A DNA stretch of 40,459 nt from Octopus bimaculoides. Lineage: Eukaryota. Made by a program: the position numbers and the translations under genes. The DNA lies in the NCBI RefSeq assembly GCF_001194135.2, contig NC_068992.1:55406070-55446528 (forward strand). Direction: 5' to 3'. The notes under the pieces are model-generated. The model was not told the DNA's origin and did not search any database. It saw nothing but the letters and a program-made list of their open reading frames with translations. Of this stretch, positions 10,975 through 22,413 are shown in pieces. Position 1 is the stretch's first letter. Each line of letters begins with the position of its first letter.

Positions 10975-11552
10975 GGCAGAATAGTTAGCACTGTGGAAAA
11001 AATGCTTAACGGTGTTTCGTTCGTTCTTTAGTTCTGAGTTTGTACTCCGCCGAGGTCGACTTTACCTTTTATTACTTCGGGGTTGATAAGACAAGTGCCA
11101 GTCGAGCAATGGGGACGATGTAATCGCCTTATCCCTTCCCCCGAAATTGCTCGCCATGTGTCGAAATTCGAAATCAATATTGTTGGCGTAGTAAAGGCAA
11201 TGAGCTGGCAGAACGGTTAGCACACCAGATAAAATGATCAGCGAAAGTTTGTTAGTTTTTACGTTCTGAGTTCAAATGAAGTCGAGGTCAACCTTGGCTT
11301 TGGTTTTTTTTTCTAAAGATGGTAGATAAAATAAGTACCATCTGATTTCCCCCTCAATACTGCTTGCCTTGTGCTAAAATGACAAAGGAGAACATTTTTC
11401 GTCCTTCTTAAAGCTCAGAGCTCAAATTCCGCCGGGATCGACGGATCATCCTTTCAGAGCCATTAAAATAAATTCAGTAAAGTACTAGGTTGATGTAATT
11501 GACTTGCTACACTCTTAAAAATTGCTGACCCTGTGCCAAAGTTTGAACCTAT
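10975..11552 (+). mobile_element. Three head-to-tail copies of tRNA-derived SINE family A (~10975-11180, ~11195-11385, ~11400-11552)
   Basis: Repeated GCTGGCAGAA..GTTAGCAC, TTCTGAGTTCAAAT (B box), GATAA(A)ATAAGTACCA, GATGTAAT(C/T)G and CC(T/C)TGTGC(C/T)AAA blocks. The central part resembles the Meta/MESC SINE domain as I recall it. Confidence 0.85.
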
Positions 11553-11559
11553 TATTTTT

Positions 11560-11785
11560 GTTGTGACTGTTTAAACCCAGACGTGCTCTGAAAAAAAAAA
11601 TACATACCGATTAATAAAACAATCCAACCTTATCCAGACTATATTTGTTGCAGGTGGTGTACCTAGGTATTACCTCGGTCCTATCCAATGTGTCTTTCCT
11701 ATCATAAGACGGCATAATACGATTTGAAGTGGATTCAGCTACAGTTTTTAGCAAATTGCGCGATCACATGAAAGTTCCCTCAATG
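11560..11785 (+). mobile_element. Unclassified short interspersed repeat (family D)
   Basis: Inverse similarity to 18172-18358 (e.g. ATACGATTTGAAGTGGATTCAGCTAC versus GGAGCTGAAGCTGCCTCAAATCATAC). Confidence 0.55.
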
Positions 11786-12934
11786 CCTCGTACATAACTC
11801 TATGCATTTAACCAGGCACTCAATTGGTTCTACCACACTATAAATTCTAATATTGATTTGTAATTTATTAGCAACTTCAGGAAATGACTGAATTAAGTTT
11901 AATTAATCCTGGTACTTCACCTGTACTTACAAGACAATCATAAAAGGTCGTCTACATCTTACATTTAATATTCTAAGAAGTAGACGGATGTGGAGAGCAG
12001 GAAATACTGACAGTTTACAATTCATGTTCGTTCCTGGAAGCTAGCTATGTATCTTTCTATACTTCCTCTAAATACCAACTTAAATATAATACAAATATCT
12101 AAGACTTAGATTTGGTAGATGGAAAATTAAACATATGTCATCATATTTACGATGCTGGACAAAAGTTCCAAATGAACTACAGTTCATTATCAGATTCAGA
12201 TAAATGCTGGAGCTAAAGGGATATTAAACACGAAAATTGAATTGCTAATTTCATTTAGCAGTGATCTGAAACATATCCTGTAAAATGTTAATGTCTACCA
12301 ACCCTACGTTATTAGATATTAATTTCTAATCAAGTTCCTAGTTCTTTGATCACTTTGTTGTTCTACAGCATCCTTCGCATAAATTGACATATTTCTAGCT
12401 AACTCTCAGAGAATGAAAGGAACTATCCTTTTACTTTGTAGTGATTGGCCGCGCTTATTTACGGTTCAATCAAAGAGCCTAATTCTTTGCAATCACACAT
12501 TACCATTTCCAAACAGGAAAGGCATGTTAAACAAAATTGTTCTACAATGTTATCTAGCACAGAAGTTGCGTGGTATACAGTGTAAACATGAAGTCTAAAC
12601 ATTCAAACATCATCAACATATTTCAAAATCCCGCGGCAGTTCACGTGGAATTACTGTGGTAAAATGCTTCCTATATACAGTCATTATAATGACGACAGTA
12701 ACAATAACAACGATATGGACAATGATTTTCTCCATTCTTGTTCATGTTGTTACATACTTCGGATTTCTTAAAATTCTTCTAAGTGATATCTGGATTTACT
12801 TATTAATTATACACGCGGATTATAATTCTCTTCGAATTTATTGGTATCTGATTGTTTCATATAATTAACCACGTTTGCTTAATTAGTGAGTGCTTTCTAG
12901 ATATCTACCTGAGTTTATTAATCATTTTTACTTC

Positions 12935-13571
12935 ATGTAAAATCGCCAAATCTGTCCAGTGTTGCTTAGTGTTCTTCCCTGTTGGATTCCCAGATACAAC
13001 ATTTCAAGCTCTTTATCCATTATCAATGGGAAATACCGGAGAGAGGTAACTCAAGGCAATTTTAAAACCAAAGCTTTAACTATCACAGTCAACAGCATTG
13101 ACTGAGTTGCGCTATTAGACCGTCAGTCTGGGAGAATTTCAGCAGTCCGAACGTCAAGCATTGTTCAGGCATAAACGAACATTGGCTTTTTTGAAAATAT
13201 GCTTTTAAAATATGCTTTCAAATTCTAAAGGCAGAATCACTACAGTTAGCATGTGTAAAAATGTTCTCTTATGGTAAAAGGTGTTTGCTTTTAGAAGTTG
13301 AAATATACCACAAACATGTCTTAGCTAACCTAAAGTTAGCGTATGCCTAAACACTGCTTGGCGCTGGTATTGCTCAATTTTTCCCGACCTGTCAGTCTAA
13401 TAGAGCAACTACATCAATGTTGGTGATTGTGTTTTAGTTAACGTTAAGGCTGTAAATCTTCCCAGAGTTATCTCTTCGGTATTCTCCATTGACAACGGCT
13501 AAAGAGCTAGATACGCTGCATCTGGGAATCCGACAGGGGGGAAACAATGCGCAGATCTGGTGTTTTTACAC
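12935..13571. mobile_element. ~640-bp fold-back (long-TIR) non-autonomous element
   Basis: Left arm 12935-13235 is the reverse complement of right arm 13284-13571 (e.g. 12977-13029 versus 13486-13538: 44/53 identical). Both ends read (A/G)TGTAAAA. CTTC lies directly outside each end (12931-34, 13572-75). Confidence 0.85.
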
Positions 13572-13659
13572 CTTCTACCATGAGAGAGAAATTATTTCTC
13601 CACGGTAAATACAGTGAATTGGCTTTAGATGTTGAAATGCGTTACAAACATATTATAAC

Positions 13660-13697
<38 letters not shown>

Positions 13698-15066
13698 CCT
13701 GTTATTTTATGTATATGAATTGAAAGTTTGATAGATTCAGTATTAGACAGAACACGCTACTTACACTTAAAACTTTGTTTTCAAAAGCACATCCGCTCAC
13801 CCATACGCTCACGCATGCGCATAATACGAAGACGCACCTATACTCTCAGTTAGTAGGTACAAAAGCACTGTGATGAAACCTTTTAAAACCGAAAGGAATG
13901 AGAAATACGCAGAAAACCAACTACAAGGAAACACGCTCAAATTTATGTAAAAGTGAAGACTACCATGAAGTCTCTTATCAGTTAAGTTTAAACAAACCAG
14001 ACTTTCACAAAAATTAAAATTACAAATATTCAACATTAGGTGGTTTAAAAGCAGAAGGCCTCATTATTTTTAGTAAGAAATAGTAAATTCCAAACAGAAC
14101 CTACTACATATATAGTTTTAACAGACTAACAGCTGAATGCTGTATTCTTAGATAAATTGAAGAATCTATAAACCGCCAACTTCTCAAATTCCCTATCATT
14201 AAGAGCTTGAAAATACCTCTGTAGACATAACAGCGTTGTTAGCTATCTTCACTGTTCATTAAGTATACAAAGAATTAAGTGGTTTAGCTTAATTGGCGAT
14301 TTATATACATTCACGGAACCGAATGTTGTTACCAAGATCAATAACATTACAGTGTCTTTGGTCTAGCATATACATTAATACACCAAGTTATATTCTAATC
14401 ACATGTGTGTGTATTCACATGCATACACATAAAGACACATATACATACATATATACACACACAGAAACACGTGCACACCCATACCCACATATATAACCCC
14501 CCCACACACACACACACAGAGATATATATGTATATATATTNNNNNNNNNNNNNNNNNNNNNNNNNNNNNNNNNNNNNNNNNNNNNNNNNNNNNNNNNNNN
14601 NNNNNNNNNNNNNNNNNNNNNNNNNNNNNNNNNNNNNNNNNNNNNNNNNNNNNNNNNNNNNNNNNNNNNNNNNNNNNNNNNNNNNNNTATATATATATAT
14701 ATATTGATTAAATATAAAAGACGTTACTGTTGTTCTTCTTAGCTATGTAATTGTTTCAATGTTGGGCATTAACCAAATTTGTAAAGGTTAAAATCCATCT
14801 TATTACTAATATTTAAATATAGATCCACCGTCATGTTATATTAACTGATCCATCACTGATGTTTAAGCAATGTCTGACATATAAAATTCTCAAACAGAAA
14901 TTCTAGGTGAAGGGACGACAACTCCTAGATTTAACACGTGGGATTAGACTGAAACTGTTTTCAATACCTTGATATAAATTTTAATAGACTGCATTATTCT
15001 ATAACGTCGGAGGAACGAGAAATTAGTTTCATGTTAGAAGAGAGGACACAGCTCATTAACCTTGAA

Positions 15067-15268
15067 AAGGCAGCGAGCTGGCAGAATTGTTAACATTCCA
15101 GGCAAAATGCTTACCAATATTTCGCCCGTTTTTACGTTTTGAGTTCAAATTTCGCCGAAATCGACTTTGCTTTTTATCCTTTTGGGGTCGATATATTAAG
15201 TACCAGTTGATCGATGTAATCGACTAGCCCTCTCCCACAAAGTATTTGGCTTTGTGCCTATAGCAGAA
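15067..15268 (+). mobile_element. SINE family A copy
   Basis: AGGCAGCGAGCTGGCAGAATTGTTAAC...TTTGAGTTCAAATTTCGCCG...GGGGTCGATATATTAAGTACCAG...GATGTAATCGACT. Confidence 0.9.
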
Positions 15269-15675
15269 ATGCTCATTAACTTTGTAATCTCCCCGAGACC
15301 GGAGAAGTTGATGTGGTTGATGTTCAGGTGAAATAAGTGTAGATCATCTTTGGCCTATGTGTGTGTGTGGTGCGGAGGGGAGAGGTGGAGGAATCAAACT
15401 TGTCGAAGTTACAGTTATAAGTGAGAAAGAATGGAAAATATGGGTTGCGTAGATTGTAAGATATGAGGCATAGGTAGAATAACCGGAAGTTGAAAAACAG
15501 CCGGATTCCGTGAGTCTAGATAGAGGTAGATATAATAACTAGCTAAATTGAAAGACTATTTTAATAAGGAAAAAAGAGATAAATAGAAAAGCTATCATGG
15601 GACCGCGTACTGAGCGCTAGTGGTGATAAGGGATTGGTAGGTGAATGGTTTCGACACATTCGAATGGTGCACGAT

Positions 15676-15818
15676 GTGTGTGTGTGTGTGTGTGTGCGCG
15701 TGTGTGCGCGCGTGTGTGTGTATGTGTGTGTGTGTGCGTGTGCGTGCGTGTGTGTGTGCGTGTGTGCGCGCGCTCGTGTAGGTGTGTGTACAAGAGTCTG
15801 TGTGTGTGCGTGCGTGTA
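15676..15818. repeat. Mixed (GT)/(GC) alternating purine-pyrimidine microsatellite
   Basis: Direct inspection; Z-DNA-prone composition. Confidence 0.95.
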
Positions 15819-15989
15819 GCATAAATACCGATTTAAACACAAAAGCAATACTCCAATGGTGTCCTTAGTTGACCTTTGTTGAGGATCAACAGAGAATCAA
15901 GGTTGAAATAATGTTTGCGCTTAAAGAGAAATACAAGTCTGCAAAACCTTGTATATGTATATATATATATATATATATNNNNNNNNNNA

Positions 15990-17321
15990 TGTAGGTTTCT
16001 TATCATTATCAGTATTTATGCACCAACAATGCCCCATTCTGATGAAACTGTAGGATAGTTTTATGATGATCTAGCACAATTATTGAGGAAAGTACCAAGC
16101 TGGTCATATTGGGAGATTTCAATGCAAGAGTTGGAAAGGACTATGTTTCATGGCCTGTTTTAAGGTCGACATGGGATTGGAAAATGTAATAAAAATGGAG
16201 TAGCTCTTCTGACGTTTTGTACTGAGAATAATTTGGTTGTCACCAACACTCTGTTTAAGCAGAAAAATAAATATAAAACAACCTGGATGCACCCAAGATC
16301 TAAGCACTGGCATCTCATAGATTTTATTCGGATCAGAAAATGTGATATGAAAGGCGTCTCTAGCGTCTGGGCCATGAGAGGGGCAGAAAGCTGGACTGAC
16401 CATCATCTAGTGGCGTGGAAAAATAGATTTTTCGATAATGCCTAAAAATTGACAGTCTGGTCCTAAAGTACCCAAAAAGTTAAATGTTGCAAACTTTGAA
16501 TTATCAAGCAACCGGAAAAGATTCCACGATGCTATAGAAAGTATCAATCTTGATCAGCAGAAATTCATGATCTACTTTTAGAAAAACAAAACAAAACTTA
16601 GGCAATACGCTTCTTTCTCAGTCCTTGAACCCCAACTCAAACGAAGCTTACAGAATGCTGAGAAGGAAAGTACAGACTGCTCTAAATTAAACAGGAATGG
16701 TAGAATGATAGACAAAAAGGGACACAAAAAGCAGCTGATAGAAACAATGCCAAGGGTTTGTACTCTTATGTTAAGGAGGTATATGGCCCAAAATCTTCAA
16801 TAGCTGCAGTAAGAACAACAAATGGACGTTTGCTTCTGACTGACACCGCTTCTATTCATAAGCGCAGGGTAGAACATTTTTCTGTACTTTTGAATAGATC
16901 ATCATCCGCTAACCTAAGGAAGATAGAAATAATTGAACACCTTCCAGTTATAGAAGCGATGGCATTTAAACCAACTCTAAATTACCTTTATTTAGTTGTG
17001 AATAAGCTGAATAACAACAAGTCTCCAGGGTTTGATGGAATCTTGCAGAAGTCTAGAAATATGGGGGTGAAAAAATGTTTGAACTCTTAAATATATTAAT
17101 TTATCACTGTTGGAGAACTGAGAAAGTGCCTCAAGACTGGATTGATACCATATTAGTCTCCTTGTATAAATCGGAGCCAAAGGACCGGTGTGATAATTTT
17201 CGTGGGATTTCGCTTTTGGCTTTTGTCTGTGGTTGAAAAGGTACTTGCCCTCATCTTGTTAGAACGTTTAAATACCTTTATAGTTCCAAATATAGTGTCT
17301 GAGTCTCAGTGTGGTTTTCGT
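15990..17321 (+). mobile_element. RTE (RTE-BovB-like) LINE fragment: APE endonuclease to start of RT; pseudogene
   Basis: ISIYAPT...FYDDL...ILGDFNARVGKD...CNKNGVALLTFCTENNLVVTNTLFKQKNKYKTTWMHPRSKHWHLIDF...SWTDH...KEVYGP...KSPGFDGI...VPQDWID...NFRGISLL...ESQCGFR, with stops and frameshifts. It may extend 5' to ~15850 across the microsatellite and gap. Confidence 0.95.
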
Positions 17322-17369
17322 TATATATATGTGTGTGNNNNNNNNNNTGAGTCTCAGTGTGGTTTTCGT

Positions 17370-17402
<33 letters not shown>

Positions 17403-17800
17403 ACGCGCGCGCATACACACACACATATAGTGCTATCGTGAGAGATTGATTACTGAATATTCTGAAGTTTGCTATTTTAAAGAAGTGATTAGCTGTTCTT
17501 AATCCCCCCCGTGAGTTTATTAGGTTTCATGTCTGTTACCTTGATATCTGTAGTAATCGTACTGTTAGGCCTGGAAAGACATTCGGTTGTCATGTTTTTT
17601 TAAATAGATAATGCTATAATAGGGATTGATCACAGACCTTGTCTACGTCTTGCATAAACCGTCCTGGTTGTGTATTTTTGCCATCTTATTTAGAACTATG
17701 TCACCTCTGCTCTAAGGGATCCAAAAACACATGTGTCAAAAATCGTATTACACAAGTTGCAAGTTGGTCCTTAAATATATAAATAAAGAAATCCATCATA

Positions 17801-18117
17801 GACATGATTGTGTGAGTAAGAAGAGTCCTTCGCAACTACATGTACAGATCCATGAGATAATATCTTCTGCTACATCCCTGGATCGAACAATACCTTGAAA
17901 GTAGATTTGGTAGAAGGAAATTTTGTATATGTATTTGTCCCCCGTTTGCTTGTCAGCTGGTGTTTGTTTGCGCCTTCGTAACGGAGATCTTCGGCAAAAA
18001 AGACGGATAGGTTAAGTACCAGAACTATCCTATCGGCCGATTTATGAAACTAACACTATACAGCTGTGTTCGAGCATGGCCGCTATCCAATGAATGAATC
18101 AGGTAAAAGAATAAAAG
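17801..18117 (+). mobile_element. Diverged full-length SINE family B copy joining the 5' and 3' halves
   Basis: CATGATTGTGTGAGTAAGAAG..CGCAACTACATG..TATCTTCTGCTAC..CCTTGAAAGTAGATTTGGTAGAAGGAAA (5' half), then TTGTATATGTA, then TTTGTCCCC..CTTCGGCAAAAAAGACGGATAGG..AGCATGGCCGC..GTAAAAGAATAAAAG (3' half). Confidence 0.7.
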
Positions 18118-18171
18118 TGTACGGAATGAATCAAGCAAAAGAGTAAAAGAATAAGGATAGAGAAGCATCTA

Positions 18172-18358
18172 TGCAGTCACTCGGTCTACCCGAAATAGGA
18201 GCTGAAGCTGCCTCAAATCATACTATAATGTCTTTAAAAAGTAGGCATTAGACACCCTGCGTCTGAAAAGTAAAACAAGACATTATTCACGGTTGGAATC
18301 CCTTTTGATCAGAGTTATGTTTGATTTTAGGTGACCGGGAGCTAAACTACAACATCAT
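18172..18358 (-). mobile_element. Unclassified short interspersed repeat (family D)
   Basis: Similar to 11560-11785 (inverse) and 9715-9960; ends in an ACAAC-type tail. Confidence 0.55.
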
Positions 18359-18784
18359 AAAACAAAGATGCCTGTTTGTTTTATACATTTTTCTGTCACA
18401 CTTAGGGAAATATCTGAGGTAACATAATGGAAAATCAACCAATTGTTTCATATACATGAAAATAAAAATAAAAGCAGTAATTATTTGGTTTTGATATTGT
18501 CTGGAAATAAAAATAATGTTTAGTTTTGAAATGAATCGATATTTTCGATAAGATTACCTCAAGCCAATAAGAATACTTCTGCGGTTTTTGATGAATATTT
18601 TTTACACCAGATATTCAATATATGAATGTTAGTCACAATAATATGAATTGAAGGAAGTTGGAAGCGTGTCGCTTAGCAAAATACCACTTGGGGGCGTATT
18701 TTACTTAGGAACTAGTTCGAAAGAGTGAAACTGAAATTTGAATTCATTTTACCCTTTCTCCCCAACCCTCTCTCTTTCTCTCTT

Positions 18785-18825
<41 letters not shown>

Positions 18826-18983
18826 GTCTTTCTCTGTACGTCAATATATCTTTATATANNNNNNNNNNNNNNNNNNNNNNNNNNNNNNNNNNNNNNNNNN
18901 NNNNNNNNNNNNNNNNNNNNNNNNNNNNNNNNNNNNNNNNNNNNNNNNNNNNNNNNNNNNNNNNNNNNNNNNNNNNNNNNNNN

Positions 18984-19041
<58 letters not shown>

Positions 19042-20536
19042 CATATATGTATATATGATTATTTTTACTTAGATTTATCATGGCCTGAGATGTGAGAATC
19101 TGAGAAGCGAGCTCGTGGGACAACATTTTTTGCAGTAGTTTCTCGATTAAGATCGAAATTCAAAAGTTGAAAATATTTTTTTCATTTTAAAACATCATCC
19201 AAAAATTCTTAAGATACCTTATAAAAATATTGAACGAAATTTAATAACTTTAAACACACCCGTGTTCCCTTAAACGCAAAACTGATCTCCAAACATGTCA
19301 TATACACTTTTTGAACACCTATCATTAATTATGAGTCAAACACTAGCATTTATCGTAATATTAATTGATAAGCAAAAGAAATGGTTATCAGTTTCATAAA
19401 CAGAAAAAAATTATAAATATTAGCGTTAAGTGAATCATACTTTACATTTAACGACCATAAAGGTCACGTTCTTGCAATCCCGAAATACAGATAAATAAAT
19501 CCAGAGAATAAGCTAGATAGGTTTAATTGATTTATAATCCACGGTTGTCTTCTGTTTTGTTTATCTGTTAACAAGTTGTGCGGTAACACATATAAGCACC
19601 TTTGTATATTTATGCAGTTTTTTTATCGTAGAATTCCATCCGTCCACAACTAAACTCCTTCTTGGTAATAATTCTTGAATTCGGTAAAGACGCTATATGA
19701 ATTATAAATTCGTATATCAATATGTGTGTGCATGCCAGGAAGTATCTATGTAATTACAGCAACCATAATATCTATATTGTCAAAGCACAGTAATTTTTTA
19801 AAGCGTTAATGAGGTAAGCGTTCTATTACAAACGCGGCGCAACAGCGAGTTATCTAAAGGATAAGATGTTCGTAACACATATATGCATTCAGACAAGCGC
19901 ATGTATGCATTCAGATACCTAGCCACCTAACAATCAAATGAATATAGAGTTTATAGTATGATAATAACAATCATACAATCGATCATTCTAGTATAAAACA
20001 TGCCTTGCCCTATCTTATTGTGCCAAGAAGCTAAGATCTTCGTCTCTCGAAGAACTACATTCGTATACCTATATTTCCAAATTTCATCAATGGTCGGATT
20101 TAATGTAAATAGCTGCAGGAATTTCAACCAGTATCTATTGAGAAACGTTAAACTAACAACTGCTTGAAATGATAACATTCCCAGGTAATACAGATAGTAG
20201 GTTTGTCGTATACTCACTGACAGCGATATAAAGAAAAGCAATGTTAAACAATATATCGACACCAGATTTATTATAAACTTATAAACCGTCTATCGTGGAC
20301 ACATGATAGCTAAGATAGCATGCTTAGTGTAAATACATTTATACACAAAAGCACAGACAGCCATTCATTGGCATTATTAATTAACGGGATGAAAACTCAA
20401 TATAACGATTAAACATAGGGACAAGGTGCCACTTTTACTGTTACACGATAACTTTGCTGAAATACCTACAGAATTTGGCAACATTTGTGTCTCCTTCATA
20501 TGTTTTTTTATGACGAGTTCCTCCACCAATTACCAA

Positions 20537-20571
<35 letters not shown>

Positions 20572-21003
20572 NNNNNNNNNNNNNNNNNNNNNNNNNNNNN
20601 NNNNNNNNNNNNNNNNNNNNNNNNNNNNNNNNNNNNNNNNNNNNNNNNNNNNNNNNNNNNNNNNNNNNNNNNNNNNNNNNNNNNNNNNNNNNNNNNNNNN
20701 NNNNNNNNNNNNNNNNNNNNNNNNNNNNNNNNNNNNNNNNNNNNNNNNNNNNNNNNNNNNNNNNNNNNNNNNNNNNNNNNNNNNNNNNNNNNNNNNNNNN
20801 NNNNNNNNNNNNNNNNNNNNNNNNNNNNNNNNNNNNNNNNNNNNNNNNNNNNNNNNNNNNNNNNNNNNNNNNNNNNNNNNNNNNNNNNNNNNNNNNNNNN
20901 NNNNNNNNNNNNNNNNNNNNNNNNNNNNNNNNNNNNNNNNNNNNNNNNNNNNNNNNNNNNNNNNNNNNNNNNNNNNNNNNNNNNNNNNNNNNNNNNNNNN
21001 NNN

Positions 21004-21042
<39 letters not shown>

Positions 21043-21073
21043 CACAGATGTACGTTGATATAGATTTATATAC

Positions 21074-21113
<40 letters not shown>
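21074..21113. repeat. (GATA)n microsatellite
   Basis: Direct inspection. Confidence 0.97.
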
Positions 21114-22088
21114 TCATAAAGGAAGAAAATTGGTTGCCCATGGCGAAAAGTAGCTGCTCTGAATGTTAAAGAAGACTTATTCTTAATGAAGACAAATTTA
21201 ATATATCATAAAATTAGAATATTTTTTCTTCAGAATTTTGGGAAAAAGAAAATTTCCTGAGCTCCCTAAGACTTCCTAACATTAATTCACTATCATGGAA
21301 CAGTAGGTCACCCAATTCAGTTTCACCGTGAAGTTAATTGCTTTATAAGTAAAGTAAGCTATGAACGCAATGTTATGACACAAGTAGCGATGGGTATTAT
21401 ATCAGTTCTACATGAAACCCCTTTAAGAAACTCTATAATATGCAAAAAATATACGTGCCATTTTCATGCGTGTAAAGTAATTTTTATCCTATACGTTTAT
21501 TTCACTCGTCGTCTAATGTAGTGTGCTAGAGATAAGCACTCAATGATATCATTATATTTCGTAATTTAATTGGTTAAATTTAAATCTAATTCAAGCAAAT
21601 TTATTAAGGAAATGGGATTACATATCTGTGACAACAATTTTATTTCTTGCGAATCTATTACAAGACATCATTTATAAATCTTTCAGTATATAATCTTACA
21701 ATAATGAGGAACGTAATAAGAAATAGAGTATAAGAAAGTAAAAGACTCGTGGAAGTAAAATCCCTCTCAGAACCTGCAAAAACTGGGGTGTACAAAGGAA
21801 AACTACACATCCAAATACAGTGACTGTTGATTAACAGCCCAGTCAAGATGGTATTTTCTTCATCTCTTACCCTTGTATTTGCACATATCTACAAAATGAC
21901 TTTTTGAAATGAACTTCCATTATGCAGCTGAGGAGTACATTTTCATTGCACATCTTATGTGGTGTTCTCACTACATAAATAAATGAAGTTTGTACGAAAC
22001 GTACGTACTGCTATAACCTAATGCATTTTTGTTGCTTTTCTTCAAATATATATGTGTACGTATGTATGAATGTATAAATATATATATG

Positions 22089-22230
22089 CAGAGGCGTAGC
22101 TAGGGTAGGACAAGCAGGGCACATGCCCTGGGCGCTACTTTGAGTTGGGGGCGCAATTTTGGCGAAGATCAATTTTTAATTAAGCCATTTCTATGCAAGT
22201 TTCCATCTTTTGGTTAGCAAAATGGGTGCC
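22089..22230 (+). mobile_element. Probable single terminus of a hAT-type non-autonomous element
   Basis: Starts CAGAGGCGTAGCTAGG (CAG.GGCGTAGC-type hAT terminus), followed by GC-rich CAGGGCACATGCCCTG and GGGGGCGC subterminal motifs. No partner TIR found; a SINE follows. Confidence 0.45.
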
Positions 22231-22231
22231 A

Positions 22232-22413
22232 TTTATCCTGCCCCCACCACATCGCTTGACAACCGATACTGGTGTGTTATGTCCCGTAACTTAGCGGTTT
22301 GGTAAAGAGACCGTTAGAATAAGTACTGGGGTCTATTTCTTCGATTAAAATCCTTTAATGCGGTGCTCCAGTATGGCTGCAGGCAAATGACTGAAACAAG
22401 TAAAAGAATAAAA
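22232..22413 (+). mobile_element. SINE family B 3' half
   Basis: CATCGCTTGACAACCGATACTGGTGTG..GTAACTTAGCGGTTTGGTAAAGAGACCG..GCGGTGCTCCAGTATGGC..ATGACTGAAACAAGTAAAAGAATAAAA. Confidence 0.9.

Noticed and set aside
12630-12658. G:U-rich 12-bp stem CCGCGGCAGTTC/GAATTACTGTGG
   Set aside because: Too short and imperfect to support an ncRNA call.
17300-17385. 38-bp direct repeat TGAGTCTCAGTGTGGTTTTCGTTATATATATGTGTGTG on both sides of a 10-N gap
   Set aside because: This is a typical overlap of contig ends at a microsatellite, i.e. an assembly artefact.
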